Shown piece after piece: positions 1-9,266 of a stretch of 64,000 nucleotides of DNA. The translations under genes were made by a program, and so were the position numbers. The notes below the pieces were generated by a model. The model did no database searches. It was given only the letters and a program-made list of their open reading frames with translations, and was not told the origin of the DNA. Origin of the DNA: Minisyncoccota bacterium (lineage in GTDB: Bacteria; Patescibacteriota; Minisyncoccia; Phycocordibacterales; CAJBRS01); the NCBI GenBank assembly GCA_017881075.1, contig JADGRH010000003.1, positions 128,682 to 192,681 on the forward strand, written 5' to 3'. Numbering within the stretch: position 1 is the stretch's first letter; every line of letters starts with the position of its first letter.

Positions 1-1
1 C

Positions 2-2437
2 GCGGCCGAGCCAAAGAGAACAGGCATTGTTTCTCGTAGCTTCGTCACTGAAATGAAGGAGTCATATCTTGACTATGCCATGTCAGTTATTACCGCTCGT
101 GCTCTTCCTGATGTCCGCGACGGCTTAAAGCCGGTACATCGTCGTATTCTCTTTGCTATGAATGAGTTGGGACTCTCGGCTGGAGCGAAGACCAGAAAAT
201 CAGCCAAAATTACCGGAGATGTTACCGGAAATTACCATCCTCACGGCGACGTTGCTGTTTATGAATCGTTGGTCAAAATGGCCCAAGATTTTTCCATGCG
301 CTATCCGCTCATCATTGGTCAAGGCAATTTTGGGTCAATCGACGGAGACGGCGCCGCCGCTCCGCGCTATACCGAGGCAAAGATGGCTCGCATCAGTGCC
401 GAACTTTTGCGCGATCTGGAAAAAGAAACTGTGGAGTTCCGACCAAACTACGAAGGTACTCGTACGGAACCGGTGGTACTGCCGACCGCTGTTCCAAATC
501 TTCTACTCAATGGCACTCTCGGTATTGCTGTCGGTATGGCTTCAAACATTCCTCCTCATAATCTCGGCGAAGTAGTAGATGCCACTATTCATTTAATTGA
601 TAATAAAGAAGCAGGTACAGAAGATCTAGTTCAATTCATCAAGGGGCCGGATTTTCCAACAGGTGGCATTATTTACGGCGAGAAAGATATTCATCACGCT
701 TACGCCAACGGCAAAGGGGGAGTGGTAGTACGTGGTGAAGCGGAAATTGTGGAAGAAAAATCTGGGCGTTCCCAAATAATCATCACCTCCATTCCATACC
801 GCGTTAACAAAGCCGATCTTATCACTAACATTGCTGACCTGGTTCGAGACAAAAAAATTGAAGGCATAAAAGATATTCGTGACGAATCGACTAAGGATAT
901 ACGTGTAGTTATTGACCTAAAGAATGGCGCCTATCCGCAGAATGTTCTGAATTTTCTATATAAACACACCCAACTGGAAGAAACATTTCACTTTAATACC
1001 GTAGCCTTAGTGGGTGGCGTGCCGCAAACACTATCACTGAAAGCCTTTTTAGAGGAATTTATTGACCATCGCAAGATTGTTATAAAAAGAAGAACGGAAT
1101 TTGATTTGCGAAAAGCGGAAGACAGAGAGCATATTCTTCTCGGCTTAAAAAAAGCCCTGGATCATATTGATCAGATTATTAAATTAATCCGGGCGGCCAA
1201 GGATGTGCCAGAAGCCCAGGTGAAATTAATGAAGGAGTTCAGGTTCTCCGACAGGCAGGCCAACGCCATTCTGGAAATGCGCCTGTCAAAATTGGCCGGC
1301 CTGGAGAGGAAGAAAGTGGAAGAAGAGCTGAAGACCACTCAAGCTCTCATAAAGGACCTAAAGGAAATCTTAGCTAATTCTCGTCGCATTCTTACCATCA
1401 TCAAGGATGAGTTGAAAGAAATCAGAGCGAAGTATGGCGATGAAAGAAGAACAAAGATTGTTAAACACGGAGCAAAAGCTTTTTCGGTAGAGGACGTTAT
1501 TCCGGACGAGGAATCGGTGCTCGTTCTTACTGCAGGGGGTTATCTTAAGAGGACAAACCCCGATGAATATCGCCGGCAAAAACGAGGAGGAGTGGGTGTG
1601 GTTGACTTAAATACTAAGGAGGAAGATTTTATTACAAAATTTTTAACCACCAGCACTCATAGCGACCTTCTTTTCTTTACCGACAAAGGAAAAGCCTATC
1701 AGATCAAGATGTATGACATTCCGGAAGGCAAACGCGCTACTCGGGGCAAATCAATCATGAATTTTCTAGCTCTCTCCGCCGAAGAAAAAATAACTTCCAT
1801 CTTACCGATGCCAAAGGAAGTGAAGAAAAATCCATGGTCTCTGCTTATGGTGACAAAGCATGGTACTTCCAAAAAAGTAAAAGCGGAAAGTTTTCACGAT
1901 GTTCGCCGCAGCGGCCTTATTGCCATCCGTCTTGATAAGGGTGATGAATTGATCTCTGCTTCGTTCGTAGAGAAAGGTGATGAGGTGATTGTGGTCACTT
2001 CCTCTGGCCAATCAATTCGTTTTAAGGAATCGGATGTTCGGGAAATGGGACGCTCCGCCGGTGGAGTGCGGGTGATAAAAGTGGGCGGAAAGGCAGAAGT
2101 AGTGGGTGCCGACATAATCAAAAAAAGTTATGCTAATCCGGAAATCCTAGTCATTGCCAAAAACGGATATGGTAAAAAAACCAATTTAAAAGAATACAAA
2201 ACCCAGAAGCGTGGAGGAAGTGGTATTAAGACAGCTAAAGTGACAGCAAAGACTGGAGAAATAATCGCTTCTAAAGTTGTTTCTGGAGTGGAAACTGAAA
2301 TAGTAGCCATTTCTAAAAAAAGTCAGGTCATTCGTGTAGACCTTGCTGAAATTCCATCACTTGGTCGTCAGACCCAGGGAGTGAGGATTATGAAATTGCG
2401 TGATGGCGACTCAATCGCATCTCTGGTATGTCTATAA
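2..2437 (+). CDS. gyrA: DNA gyrase subunit A, 5' end truncated by window edge
   Basis: ORF 53..2437 stays open in frame back to nt 2. Motifs [25 protein letters not shown] and KYHPHGD, plus C-terminal beta-pinwheel repeats. About 20 N-terminal residues present in GyrA homologs are missing. Confidence 0.95.
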   Translation, partial: AAEPKRTGIVSRSFVTEMKESYLDYAMSVITARALPDVRDGLKPVHRRILFAMNELGLSAGAKTRKSAKITGDVTGNYHPHGDVAVYESLVKMAQDFSMRYPLIIGQGNFGSIDGDGAAAPRYTEAKMARISAELLRDLEKETVEFRPNYEGTRTEPVVLPTAVPNLLLNGTLGIAVGMASNIPPHNLGEVVDATIHLIDNKEAGTEDLVQFIKGPDFPTGGIIYGEKDIHHAYANGKGGVVVRGEAEIVEEKSGRSQIIITSIPYRVNKADLITNIADLVRDKKIEGIKDIRDESTKDIRVVIDLKNGAYPQNVLNFLYKHTQLEETFHFNTVALVGGVPQTLSLKAFLEEFIDHRKIVIKRRTEFDLRKAEDREHILLGLKKALDHIDQIIKLIRAAKDVPEAQVKLMKEFRFSDRQANAILEMRLSKLAGLERKKVEEELKTTQALIKDLKEILANSRRILTIIKDELKEIRAKYGDERRTKIVKHGAKAFSVEDVIPDEESVLVLTAGGYLKRTNPDEYRRQKRGGVGVVDLNTKEEDFITKFLTTSTHSDLLFFTDKGKAYQIKMYDIPEGKRATRGKSIMNFLALSAEEKITSILPMPKEVKKNPWSLLMVTKHGTSKKVKAESFHDVRRSGLIAIRLDKGDELISASFVEKGDEVIVVTSSGQSIRFKESDVREMGRSAGGVRVIKVGGKAEVVGADIIKKSYANPEILVIAKNGYGKKTNLKEYKTQKRGGSGIKTAKVTAKTGEIIASKVVSGVETEIVAISKKSQVIRVDLAEIPSLGRQTQGVRIMKLRDGDSIASLVCL

Positions 2438-2449
2438 TTTTTCCGCTTT

Positions 2450-2980
2450 ATGTTTAACCACCCACAAAATAATATTAAAGAAGGATATATTGCAGAGGGG
2501 ATGAGGGTGGCCGACTTTGGGGCGGGCGTCGGCCACCACAGTCTGCCAGTGGCTCGACAGGTGGGCGATAGCGGTGACGTTTACGCTATTGAAATTCAGA
2601 AAGATCTTTTGACCAAACTTCACCGAGAGGCCGAGCGGGAAAGACTTTTAAATGTTCATCCTATTCTGGGTGATTTGGAAAAAGCCGGTGGCAGCAAACT
2701 GGCGGACCAATTTGTAGACAGGGTTTTAATAATAAACACTCTTTTTCAGCTGGAAGAGAAAAAGATCGCCCTTTCGGAAGCTAAGAGAATTCTCAAGTCC
2801 GATGGCAGATTGGTTCTTATAGATTGGCAGGATTCCTTTGGCCAGATTGGCCCACATCCCGATCAGGTGGTGACTAAAGAAAAAGCTCTCTCTTTGACGG
2901 AGAGCGCCGGCTTCAAATTGGAAAAAGAATTTGAAGCCGGCAGTCATCATTACGGCATGTTATTCAATATTCCTAAGTGA
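2450..2980 (+). CDS. class I SAM-dependent methyltransferase
   Basis: Motif I-like VADFGAGVG followed by acidic and hydrophobic MTase motifs; 176 aa. Confidence 0.65.
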   Translation: MFNHPQNNIKEGYIAEGMRVADFGAGVGHHSLPVARQVGDSGDVYAIEIQKDLLTKLHREAERERLLNVHPILGDLEKAGGSKLADQFVDRVLIINTLFQLEEKKIALSEAKRILKSDGRLVLIDWQDSFGQIGPHPDQVVTKEKALSLTESAGFKLEKEFEAGSHHYGMLFNIPK

Positions 2981-2994
2981 TATAATTACCTAAC

Positions 2995-4299
2995 ATGAAC
3001 ACTTTCCAAGTAATTCTCCTTTGCGTTTTTGGCGGATTCTTAGTATTGGGAGTGATGATCTTTGCCATCGGCCACTTTGGCGGTCAGACTACCACTCCGC
3101 CCATCCTGATGTGGGGCACTATTTCTAATACGGAAATGCGCAGTCTGCTGGAACAAATGGATACAATGCAAAGAGGCATTCTGAAAGTTACCTATGTTCA
3201 GAAAAATCCTGACACTTTTGATAAAGACTTTACCGAGGCAGTGGCTACGGGTGTAGGCCCGGACCTGGTTCTAGTTAGCCAAGACAATATATTAACTGAA
3301 CGAAACAAGCTCTATATTATTCCTTTTGCTACCCTTGCCGACCGCACTGTTATAGATACCTTTATTCAAGAAGCTGATCTCTTTAAAACTTCCACAGGAT
3401 ATTTAGCCCTACCTTTTATTATTGACCCGTTAGTAATGTATTGGAATCGGGATCTGTTTCAAGGAGCGGGGTTGGCTAAACCGCCGCAATACTGGGACGA
3501 ATTTAGCGGAACCGTGGCGGTTCTGAATAAGAAAGACCAAGCAGGCAACATTTTGCAAAGCGCTATTTCTTTCGGCGAATTTAGTAATGTGGCAAACGCA
3601 AAATCAATAATTTCTACCCTGATTATGCAAGCAGGTAATCCAATTACCCTAATCGGCGCGGCTGATGCCACTACTCCGGATGAAGTGACGGCAGTCTTGG
3701 ATAAAAAATTCAATGCCGTGGTGTTGCCCGCTGAAGCGGCTCTTGATTTCTATACCCAATTTGCCGATCCATCGAGCCCGGTTTTTTCCTGGAATAAATC
3801 ATTACCTCTTTCTACCAATATGTTTCTGGCTGGAAATCTTGCTACCTACTTCGGCTTTGCCAGTGAATACGCTTCACTCCAGAGTAAGAATCCCAATCTT
3901 AATTTTGATGTCGCCCCTCTACCACAGCCAAGAAGCGCCAGCGCTAAAATCACTTTCGGCAATATGCTCGGTCTCGGCATAGTGAAGAATTCGCCCAATC
4001 TTAGTGAAGCTTATCGGTCACTCCGAGTTTTGATCGGAAGTGCCCCTTTGAATATTTTATCCGGTCTGAATAATCTACCACCTACTCGGCGGGATCTTTT
4101 GGCCACGTCGACTCCCCAAAGTGCCGCCCTGACAGTCTTCAATGCTGCCGCCCTACAGTCGCGAGGATGGCTTGATCCCAATCCACAATCCACCAACACG
4201 ATATTCTCCGACATGATAGAATCTATTAAGAGTGGTAGTCGTAAAATAGGCGATGCCATTGGGGAAGCTAATGTGGAGATTCAGGGTTTAATCAAATAA
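2995..4299 (+). CDS. membrane-anchored extracellular solute-binding-like protein (hypothetical)
   Basis: N-terminal TM helix followed by a periplasmic-binding-protein-like region; no precise family match by eye. Confidence 0.35.
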   Translation: MNTFQVILLCVFGGFLVLGVMIFAIGHFGGQTTTPPILMWGTISNTEMRSLLEQMDTMQRGILKVTYVQKNPDTFDKDFTEAVATGVGPDLVLVSQDNILTERNKLYIIPFATLADRTVIDTFIQEADLFKTSTGYLALPFIIDPLVMYWNRDLFQGAGLAKPPQYWDEFSGTVAVLNKKDQAGNILQSAISFGEFSNVANAKSIISTLIMQAGNPITLIGAADATTPDEVTAVLDKKFNAVVLPAEAALDFYTQFADPSSPVFSWNKSLPLSTNMFLAGNLATYFGFASEYASLQSKNPNLNFDVAPLPQPRSASAKITFGNMLGLGIVKNSPNLSEAYRSLRVLIGSAPLNILSGLNNLPPTRRDLLATSTPQSAALTVFNAAALQSRGWLDPNPQSTNTIFSDMIESIKSGSRKIGDAIGEANVEIQGLIK

Positions 4300-4300
4300 A

Positions 4301-4684
4301 ATGAGAGCCAATTTTCTTCTTTCTTTCAGTACAATTATACTCGTCTCACTCCTTCTTTTTTCTCCCGTTTATGGTCAGAATCCGAATTACGGAATTGTGG
4401 GATGCGGAAATAATTGCGATTGGGGACAGCTAATTCAATTGGGACAGAATATTATTGGTTACCTTGTTTTAATTGCTGGAAGTTTGGCCGCCATCTCCTT
4501 CGCTTATGCCGGGTGGCTTTATCTTACTTCCGGTGGCGACCCCTCAAAAGTTACAAAAGCCAAGGATATTTTTGTGAAAGTGGCGATAGGATTGATTGTC
4601 GTCTTGTGTGCCTGGCTGATCGTTCACGAGGTGCTTAAACTATTAGGCGTAAATCAAAACTATTCATTAATAAAGACATCATAA
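4301..4684 (+). CDS. TrbC/VirB2-like pilin-family small membrane protein, paralog 1
   Basis: Signal peptide, then two hydrophobic helices joined by a short charged loop (SGGDPSKVTKAKD); 127 aa; first of a tandem paralog array. Confidence 0.5.
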   Translation: MRANFLLSFSTIILVSLLLFSPVYGQNPNYGIVGCGNNCDWGQLIQLGQNIIGYLVLIAGSLAAISFAYAGWLYLTSGGDPSKVTKAKDIFVKVAIGLIVVLCAWLIVHEVLKLLGVNQNYSLIKTS

Positions 4685-4686
4685 AC

Positions 4687-5106
4687 ATGAATCGGAAAAT
4701 AATAATTATACTGATTATCTTTAATCTTTTTTTTATTACACCGGGTTTGGTTGTTGGCCAAGTAATACAAAGTAGTGGAATTGGAGGGCCTAGTCAATCT
4801 AGTGGAATTGGAGGAACTAGCCAATTATGTAATCCTCTGGGAGGGTGCAGTTCCAGTGGCCCCAACGATCTTACGGCATTCATTAAATTAGTATTGGCAG
4901 CAGTGGTGAAGATCGGGGCGGTAGTGGTGGTTTTCTTTGTTATCTATTCCGGCTTCCTTATGGTTACGGCCCAAGGCAATGAGGAGAAATTAAAGAAAGC
5001 CAAAAACGCCCTTCTTTGGACTTTAGTGGGAGCGGCCATTCTTCTGGGAGCCCAACTTCTAGCGGACGTTATTAGCAACACTATAACTGCCTTAAGTAAA
5101 CCTTAA
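4687..5106 (+). CDS. TrbC/VirB2-like pilin-family small membrane protein, paralog 2
   Basis: Signal peptide, Gly/Ser-rich linker, two hydrophobic helices with an AQGNEEKLKKAKN loop. Confidence 0.5.
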   Translation: MNRKIIIILIIFNLFFITPGLVVGQVIQSSGIGGPSQSSGIGGTSQLCNPLGGCSSSGPNDLTAFIKLVLAAVVKIGAVVVVFFVIYSGFLMVTAQGNEEKLKKAKNALLWTLVGAAILLGAQLLADVISNTITALSKP

Positions 5107-5116
5107 GCAAATAATT

Positions 5117-5419
5117 ATGTTTTTAATTCCACAATTAGTCTACGCCCAAGCCACCGATTTTAAAGGTTTGATTAAAATTGCTCTAGACTTATTGAAGAGC
5201 GTCATCCCAGTTATTATTGGGATAGGTCTGGTAGTCTTTCTTTTTGGTATCGTGCGCTACATTACGCCTGGGCAAAGCGAAGAAAAAATCAAAGAAGGGA
5301 GAAATATGATGATCTATGGTCTTATTGCCCTCTTTGTAATGACAGCCGTCTGGGGATTGGTGGGGGTCTTAACCAGTACTTTCTTTGGAGGGGCATTGAG
5401 CATTCCGCAGCTGCAATGA
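5117..5419 (+). CDS. TrbC/VirB2-like pilin-family small membrane protein, paralog 3
   Basis: IGIGLVVFLFGIVRYIT...GRNMMIYGLIALFVMTAVWGLV architecture shared with paralogs 4-6. Confidence 0.5.
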   Translation: MFLIPQLVYAQATDFKGLIKIALDLLKSVIPVIIGIGLVVFLFGIVRYITPGQSEEKIKEGRNMMIYGLIALFVMTAVWGLVGVLTSTFFGGALSIPQLQ

Positions 5420-5514
5420 AGTGAGAAGCCAAACTGCTATTTGACAGACTAAGACTTGGGCAAGCGCCCCGGAGCGGTCTGTCAAATGGCACGTTTGGCG
5501 AAGCACTTCATTGC
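5412..5514. repeat. palindromic repeat element family 1, copy A (between pilin paralogs 3 and 4)
   Basis: Core TAAGACTTGGGCAAGCGCCCCGGAGCG with inner arms TTTGACAGAC / GTCTGTCAAA and an imperfect outer 38-bp inverted repeat beginning GCAATGAAGTG and ending CACTTCATTGC; the 5' arm overlaps the stop codon of ORF 5117..5419. Confidence 0.8.
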
Positions 5515-5632
5515 CTGGACACAGAAGGAAATAATCCCCAGGTAAGACTTTAAAATTATTGAGATTGTGGTATGATTTAGAGGTAAATAGCTTATAAAAA
5601 GGTCATCGCTTATTAATTAAATTATCCTTTAA

Positions 5633-5995
5633 ATGAAAAAGTATCTCATTGGTTTATCAGTACTGGCCATGCCAGCAATAGCCTTCGGTCAGAATCTTCA
5701 GAATCTTAGCAATTTAGTCGGTTCCGCTACCCGTATTATCAATCAGTTAGTACCTTTTGCCATTGGCTTGGGTTTAATCGCATTCCTTTTTGGAATCGTC
5801 CGATACATCACCGCGGGCGCTGGGGAAGACAAGGCCGCCGCCAGAAACCTGATGATCTACGGCATCATCGCTCTCTTTGTGATGGTATCTGTCTGGGGAT
5901 TGGTCAATTTCATCGGCCAGGCTCTAGGTATCAATAATCCTGACACTCAACGAGCTCCAAATGTTCCTACCAATCAATCGTCAACTGGACTTTAA
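5633..5995 (+). CDS. TrbC/VirB2-like pilin-family small membrane protein, paralog 4
   Basis: Signal peptide; FAIGLGLIAFLFGIVRYITAGAGEDKAAARNLMIYGIIALFVMVSVWGLVNFIG; preceded by an extended -10 promoter TGgTATGAT at 5568-5576. Confidence 0.55.
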   Translation: MKKYLIGLSVLAMPAIAFGQNLQNLSNLVGSATRIINQLVPFAIGLGLIAFLFGIVRYITAGAGEDKAAARNLMIYGIIALFVMVSVWGLVNFIGQALGINNPDTQRAPNVPTNQSSTGL

Positions 5996-6014
5996 GATAA
6001 TCCATAAGCGGATT

Positions 6015-6398
6015 GTGAAAAAATACATAATTACTTCTTTGGTGTTACTACTGATATCGGTAATTTTACCTTTATTGGCCCATGCTCAATCTGGAGGAGG
6101 GGGTGGGGGAGGCTCGCCCTCTTTAGTGAAGCTGGTTCAATCTGGCACTAAAGTTTTAGACGCTCTCATTCCTTTCGCCATCGGACTTGGATTAGTGGTC
6201 TTTCTTTTTGCCATCATTAAATATGTGACGGCCGGTAGCGGCGAAGACAAGGCCGCCGCCAGAAACCTGATGATCTACGGCATCATCGCTCTCTTTGTGA
6301 TGGTATCTGTCTGGGGTCTAGTGAATTTTATTGGCGGTGCTTTGGGAATAGATCAGAACGCGAAGGTCTTGGCGCCGAGCTTACCCGAACTTCCATAA
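6015..6398 (+). CDS. TrbC/VirB2-like pilin-family small membrane protein, paralog 5 (probable GTG start)
   Basis: ORF track gives 5961..6398, but that overlaps paralog 4. In-frame GTG at 6015 gives a clean signal peptide, KKYIITSLVLLLISVILPLLAHA. A poly-Gly linker follows, then the same two-helix core as paralog 4. Confidence 0.5.
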   Translation: MKKYIITSLVLLLISVILPLLAHAQSGGGGGGGSPSLVKLVQSGTKVLDALIPFAIGLGLVVFLFAIIKYVTAGSGEDKAAARNLMIYGIIALFVMVSVWGLVNFIGGALGIDQNAKVLAPSLPELP

Positions 6399-6404
6399 TA
6401 ATAT

Positions 6405-6677
6405 ATGAATGTTGATGGCCTTCTGAAAAATATTGATAATCTCATCCTTAACCCTTTAATCTTTCTGATGTTCGGCGTAGCTCTGGTGGTTTTCTTGTGG
6501 GGTGTGGTGCAATTTATTATCGCCGCCGATAGCGCCGAAGGCAGAAAACTCGGCCGCCAAAGAATTCTCTATGGCATCATTGGTATGTTCATCATGGTCT
6601 CGGTCTATGGTATTCTCTACATCATTATCCATACCTTCGGTATCAGCTCCACTGCTCTTGATTCGGTGAAGAAATAG
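6405..6677 (+). CDS. TrbC/VirB2-like pilin-family small membrane protein, paralog 6
   Basis: Two hydrophobic helices with an ADSAEGRKLGRQR loop; no obvious signal peptide; 90 aa. Confidence 0.45.
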   Translation: MNVDGLLKNIDNLILNPLIFLMFGVALVVFLWGVVQFIIAADSAEGRKLGRQRILYGIIGMFIMVSVYGILYIIIHTFGISSTALDSVKK

Positions 6678-6703
6678 ATTAAAATTTTCTAGTTAAATAA
6701 ATA

Positions 6704-6735
6704 GCGGCGATCTTCGTTTTCACGAAGATCGCCGC
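6704..6735. terminator. bidirectional rho-independent terminator between convergent genes
   Basis: Perfect 13-bp stem GCGGCGATCTTCG / CGAAGATCGCCGC around loop TTTTCA, with A/T runs on both sides. Confidence 0.75.
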
Positions 6736-6750
6736 GTTGGCGCTTCTTTA

Positions 6751-7224
6751 TTAGCGCAACTTTTGGACGACGTAGCCAGTCACGGAACTAGCTTCGCGTG
6801 ACTTGAATCGGAGTGTGTAGACCACTCCCAGTTTTGGATGATAGCCGTGACCAATGGTCACAATTCGTTCATCCGACCGGGTTTCATTCACCAACTCATC
6901 TTGGAGTGGGTCGTCGTTTCCACGATAGCTTGCGAAAGTGTCGAATTTCCACTCGTCACCCAATATCACGACCGGATCACTCCATGCTCCGGTCGGAGCA
7001 ATGTAGTTGTCGATGTGTACTGGAATGTTAGAGGTCGCCGTGGCGACTACTCGACTGGATCGACTACGGTTTTCAGGTCTCTCTCTCATTATGCCGTAGA
7101 TTAACAATCCGACGGCTAGGAGAATTGCAACCCAATAGATCATACCTCCCGCAAAACTCACTATTCCTCCAAGCACTTCACCGTAGTTTACCGGAGTTGT
7201 TCCTTCATTTGTTTCAGTTGGCAT
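6751..7224 (-). CDS. small membrane protein with soluble C-terminal domain (possible NfeD-like partner of the SPFH protein)
   Basis: N-terminal TM helix then an approximately 110-aa C-terminal domain; 10 nt downstream of the SPFH-like gene on the same strand. Confidence 0.3.
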   Translation of the reverse strand: MPTETNEGTTPVNYGEVLGGIVSFAGGMIYWVAILLAVGLLIYGIMRERPENRSRSSRVVATATSNIPVHIDNYIAPTGAWSDPVVILGDEWKFDTFASYRGNDDPLQDELVNETRSDERIVTIGHGYHPKLGVVYTLRFKSREASSVTGYVVQKLR

Positions 7225-7233
7225 AATACTCCT

Positions 7234-8247
7234 TTACTTGGTTGGGGTTTTGGGTTCGTTGAGGTTTTTTCCACTTTCCAGCACTGAAGCAAGGCCTGTG
7301 CCCGGCAAAATGATGTTTTGTGCACCCTCGAGCCCCTTGACGGTGCCCTCAAACACAATCTTATTCTCAGTGAATGTGAGTTGAGCAGCATCTTCCAATC
7401 CCAGGAAGATCTTAACGGCTTCTCGGGCGGTGAGCTGATCGGGAAGTAGGGTGCCGGCTGCATCCGTAACTGACGTGATATCTCGAACATACTCCATCAT
7501 CACTGATTTCGTAAATCGCTGGCCACGCGCTTTTTGTGCCTGAGCATCGAGTTCAATGTTCGAGACTTTTACTATCGGTACATAAACACCGAATTTCGAC
7601 AACAATGGTCCGGCAATTGCCGGGTCAACGAAAAGCCTCGATAATTTATCGTTAATGCCCTTCTTATCGGTGGCGGCATCATCGGCCTTGGTATTTGCGA
7701 TGATCTCGCTAAGCTCAGCCGTGATAATTTGGCTGATCATGGTTCTGGCTGTACCCTTTCTTAGGCGGCCATAAGTGATTATGTCGTCATCGGTGTCGCC
7801 CACTTGATAGGGAGCAGACCACTTTACTTTTATCGCCGGGCCGTCTTTTGACAAGTAAGTCTCGGTCTCTTCCGCTGCGCTCATGACGTTACCGGACGTG
7901 ACGGTTTTCACTTCCAAGCTCACCTCTTTTTCGAAACTTAGCGCAGGAGATTTTAGGTGAAGCCCTGCTCTAAATACCCGCGGCTTTCTTGTTTTATAGA
8001 TCTCATCCAGCATTATCCATGCGTGGTAGAGAGGGACTCTCGCAGTCGTGTAACCAGCTTTGAGTATCGGTCCAGCTAATTTGAGCACGATACCGAAAAG
8101 CCCGATCACAAAAACACTCGTGACCACGATACCTGACCAGTTGGTGTATAGCAACAGGAAGCAGGCTGCTCCCAATATTACTAATTGCCAAGCTAGACGC
8201 TTGACGAGCCTTGGAAATGAATCCATTAGAGAATCTGACATTGTCAT
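7234..8247 (-). CDS. SPFH/band-7-like membrane protein
   Basis: N-terminal TM segments, then a domain with the helix TARTMISQIITAELSEII and the strand LSKFGVYVPIVKVSNIELD, resembling the end of an SPFH domain; 337 aa. Confidence 0.4.
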   Translation of the reverse strand: MTMSDSLMDSFPRLVKRLAWQLVILGAACFLLLYTNWSGIVVTSVFVIGLFGIVLKLAGPILKAGYTTARVPLYHAWIMLDEIYKTRKPRVFRAGLHLKSPALSFEKEVSLEVKTVTSGNVMSAAEETETYLSKDGPAIKVKWSAPYQVGDTDDDIITYGRLRKGTARTMISQIITAELSEIIANTKADDAATDKKGINDKLSRLFVDPAIAGPLLSKFGVYVPIVKVSNIELDAQAQKARGQRFTKSVMMEYVRDITSVTDAAGTLLPDQLTAREAVKIFLGLEDAAQLTFTENKIVFEGTVKGLEGAQNIILPGTGLASVLESGKNLNEPKTPTK

Positions 8248-8398
8248 ACTAACCTTTCTTTTTCCTTTTTGAAATTGTCAAACAGCTAAGAATCATTTGT
8301 ACTAAACCACACGGTCTAGTTGATTCAGAGTTTGGAGCAACGATATCATAATTTACTCTAAAAGTCAAGGAAAAAATGGTAAAAAATAAAATGCAAAA

Positions 8399-8423
8399 GG
8401 GTCGGATCCAAGCGATCCGACCC
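8399..8423 (-). terminator. rho-independent terminator downstream of response regulator gene
   Basis: GGGTCGGATC-CAAGC-GATCCGACCC hairpin followed by a T-run on the minus strand. Confidence 0.65.
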
Positions 8424-8431
8424 TACAAATT

Positions 8432-8800
8432 TCAGCCGAGAATTTTCCCGAGCTGCAAGACAGACGTACTAAGAAGGAAAGGTTTTGCCCAAAAGGCGTG
8501 AACCAGGGTTTTGTCCATAAGCGGTGAGGGAAGTCTGCCGCTCATCAGAATTCTTTTAACAGTCGGATGTTCTTTCCGAACCGTCTCAAGTAATCTGATA
8601 CCAACTTCCTCCAATTCCTCGGAGCCCTCTCGCGGCTTGTCCTTGTCGGCAATGATCGCCACAATGTCAGGATCTTCGTCCAATTTTTCCAGGGCTTCCT
8701 TGCCTGTGGAAACGGTCGAGACCAAGAAATCATGAGCTAAACCAGTTGCCACTAATTCCAACAGTTCTTTCTCGTCGTCTACTATTAATACTTTTTTCAA
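8432..8800 (-). CDS. stand-alone response regulator receiver (CheY-like REC) protein
   Basis: KVLIVDDE N-terminus, an acidic pocket, and a conserved Lys near the C-terminus; 122 aa; no output domain. Confidence 0.7.
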   Translation of the reverse strand: MKKVLIVDDEKELLELVATGLAHDFLVSTVSTGKEALEKLDEDPDIVAIIADKDKPREGSEELEEVGIRLLETVRKEHPTVKRILMSGRLPSPLMDKTLVHAFWAKPFLLSTSVLQLGKILG

Positions 8801-8850
8801 CTTAGACCTTCTAAGTTCCAGCTGGATACATTATATTACAAAAATCAGTT

Positions 8851-8879
8851 TTGTCAAATCAATTAATTATTGCTAAGAT
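8851..8879 (+). promoter_or_regulatory. sigma70-like promoter upstream of tRNA cluster
   Basis: TTGTCA, 17-nt spacer, TAAGAT; about 25 nt upstream of tRNA-Cys. Confidence 0.5.
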
Positions 8880-8904
8880 ATAATCTCGAACGAATGTTAA
8901 TTAG

Positions 8905-8976
8905 GGCGTAGTAGCCAAGTGGTAAGGCAAAGATCTGCAAAATCTTTATACGCCGGTTCGATTCCGGCCTACGCCT
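8905..8976 (+). tRNA. tRNA-Cys (GCA)
   Basis: Acceptor GGCGTAG / CTACGCC; anticodon stem AAGAT/ATCTT with loop CTGCAAA; T-arm GCCGG-TTCGATT-CCGGC; 3-bp D-stem. Confidence 0.85.
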
Positions 8977-9011
8977 CCTTCGTCTCGCCGTAGTCGGCGA
9001 AGGCGGACTGC

Positions 9012-9095
9012 GCCCGAGTGGTGAAATTGGTAAACACGCAACACTTAAAATGTTGTGAACGAAAGTTCTTGTCGGTTCGATTCCGACCTCGGGCA
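9012..9095 (+). tRNA. tRNA-Leu (TAA)
   Basis: Acceptor GCCCGAG / CTCGGGC; anticodon stem CAACA/TGTTG with loop CTTAAAA; long variable arm; T-arm GTCGG-TTCGATT-CCGAC. Confidence 0.85.
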
Positions 9096-9193
9096 CAAAA
9101 ATAGCTGTCAGGTATTAGCTTTTAGGTGTTAGCTTTGATATATTTTAAATTCAAAAGCTGAAAGCTGAAACCTAACAGCTGAAAGCTATTTAA

Positions 9194-9266
9194 CCGCCCA
9201 TAGCTCAGTCGGTAGAGCATCCGCCTCTTAAGCGGTTGGTCGTAGGTTCGATTCCTACTGGGCGGA
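9194..9266 (+). tRNA. tRNA-Lys (CTT), unusual C1-G72 first pair
   Basis: TAGCTCAGTCGGTAGAGCA D-arm; anticodon loop CTCTTAA; T-arm GTAGG-TTCGATT-CCTAC; acceptor CCGCCCA / TGGGCGG. Confidence 0.8.

Noticed and set aside
162-575. 137-aa ORF in an alternative frame inside gyrA, and similar short antisense or alt-frame ORFs at 1370-1579, 1802-2121, 2128-2310, 10390-11076, 14227-15609, 24224-25856, 26427-26963, 33826-34638, 43121-43777 and 50175-50762.
   Set aside because: They lie wholly within well-supported conserved genes, lack ribosome-binding sites and give low-complexity or unrecognisable products, so they are chance ORFs.
6061-6120. Poly-glycine run (SGGGGGGGS) in pilin paralog 5, considered as a sequencing artefact or frameshift site.
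   Set aside because: The reading frame is continuous and the downstream core is conserved in frame, so it is interpreted as a genuine flexible linker. A homopolymer-length error cannot be excluded without reads.
9100-9193. AT-rich AGCT-repeat region (AGCTGAAAGCTGAAACCTAACAGCTGAAAGCT) upstream of tRNA-Lys, considered as a tandem repeat or mobile-element end.
   Set aside because: Only short degenerate repeats of a 4-8-nt unit are present, with a partial dyad to the preceding 40 nt. This is most simply an A/T-rich UP-element or promoter region for the tRNA.
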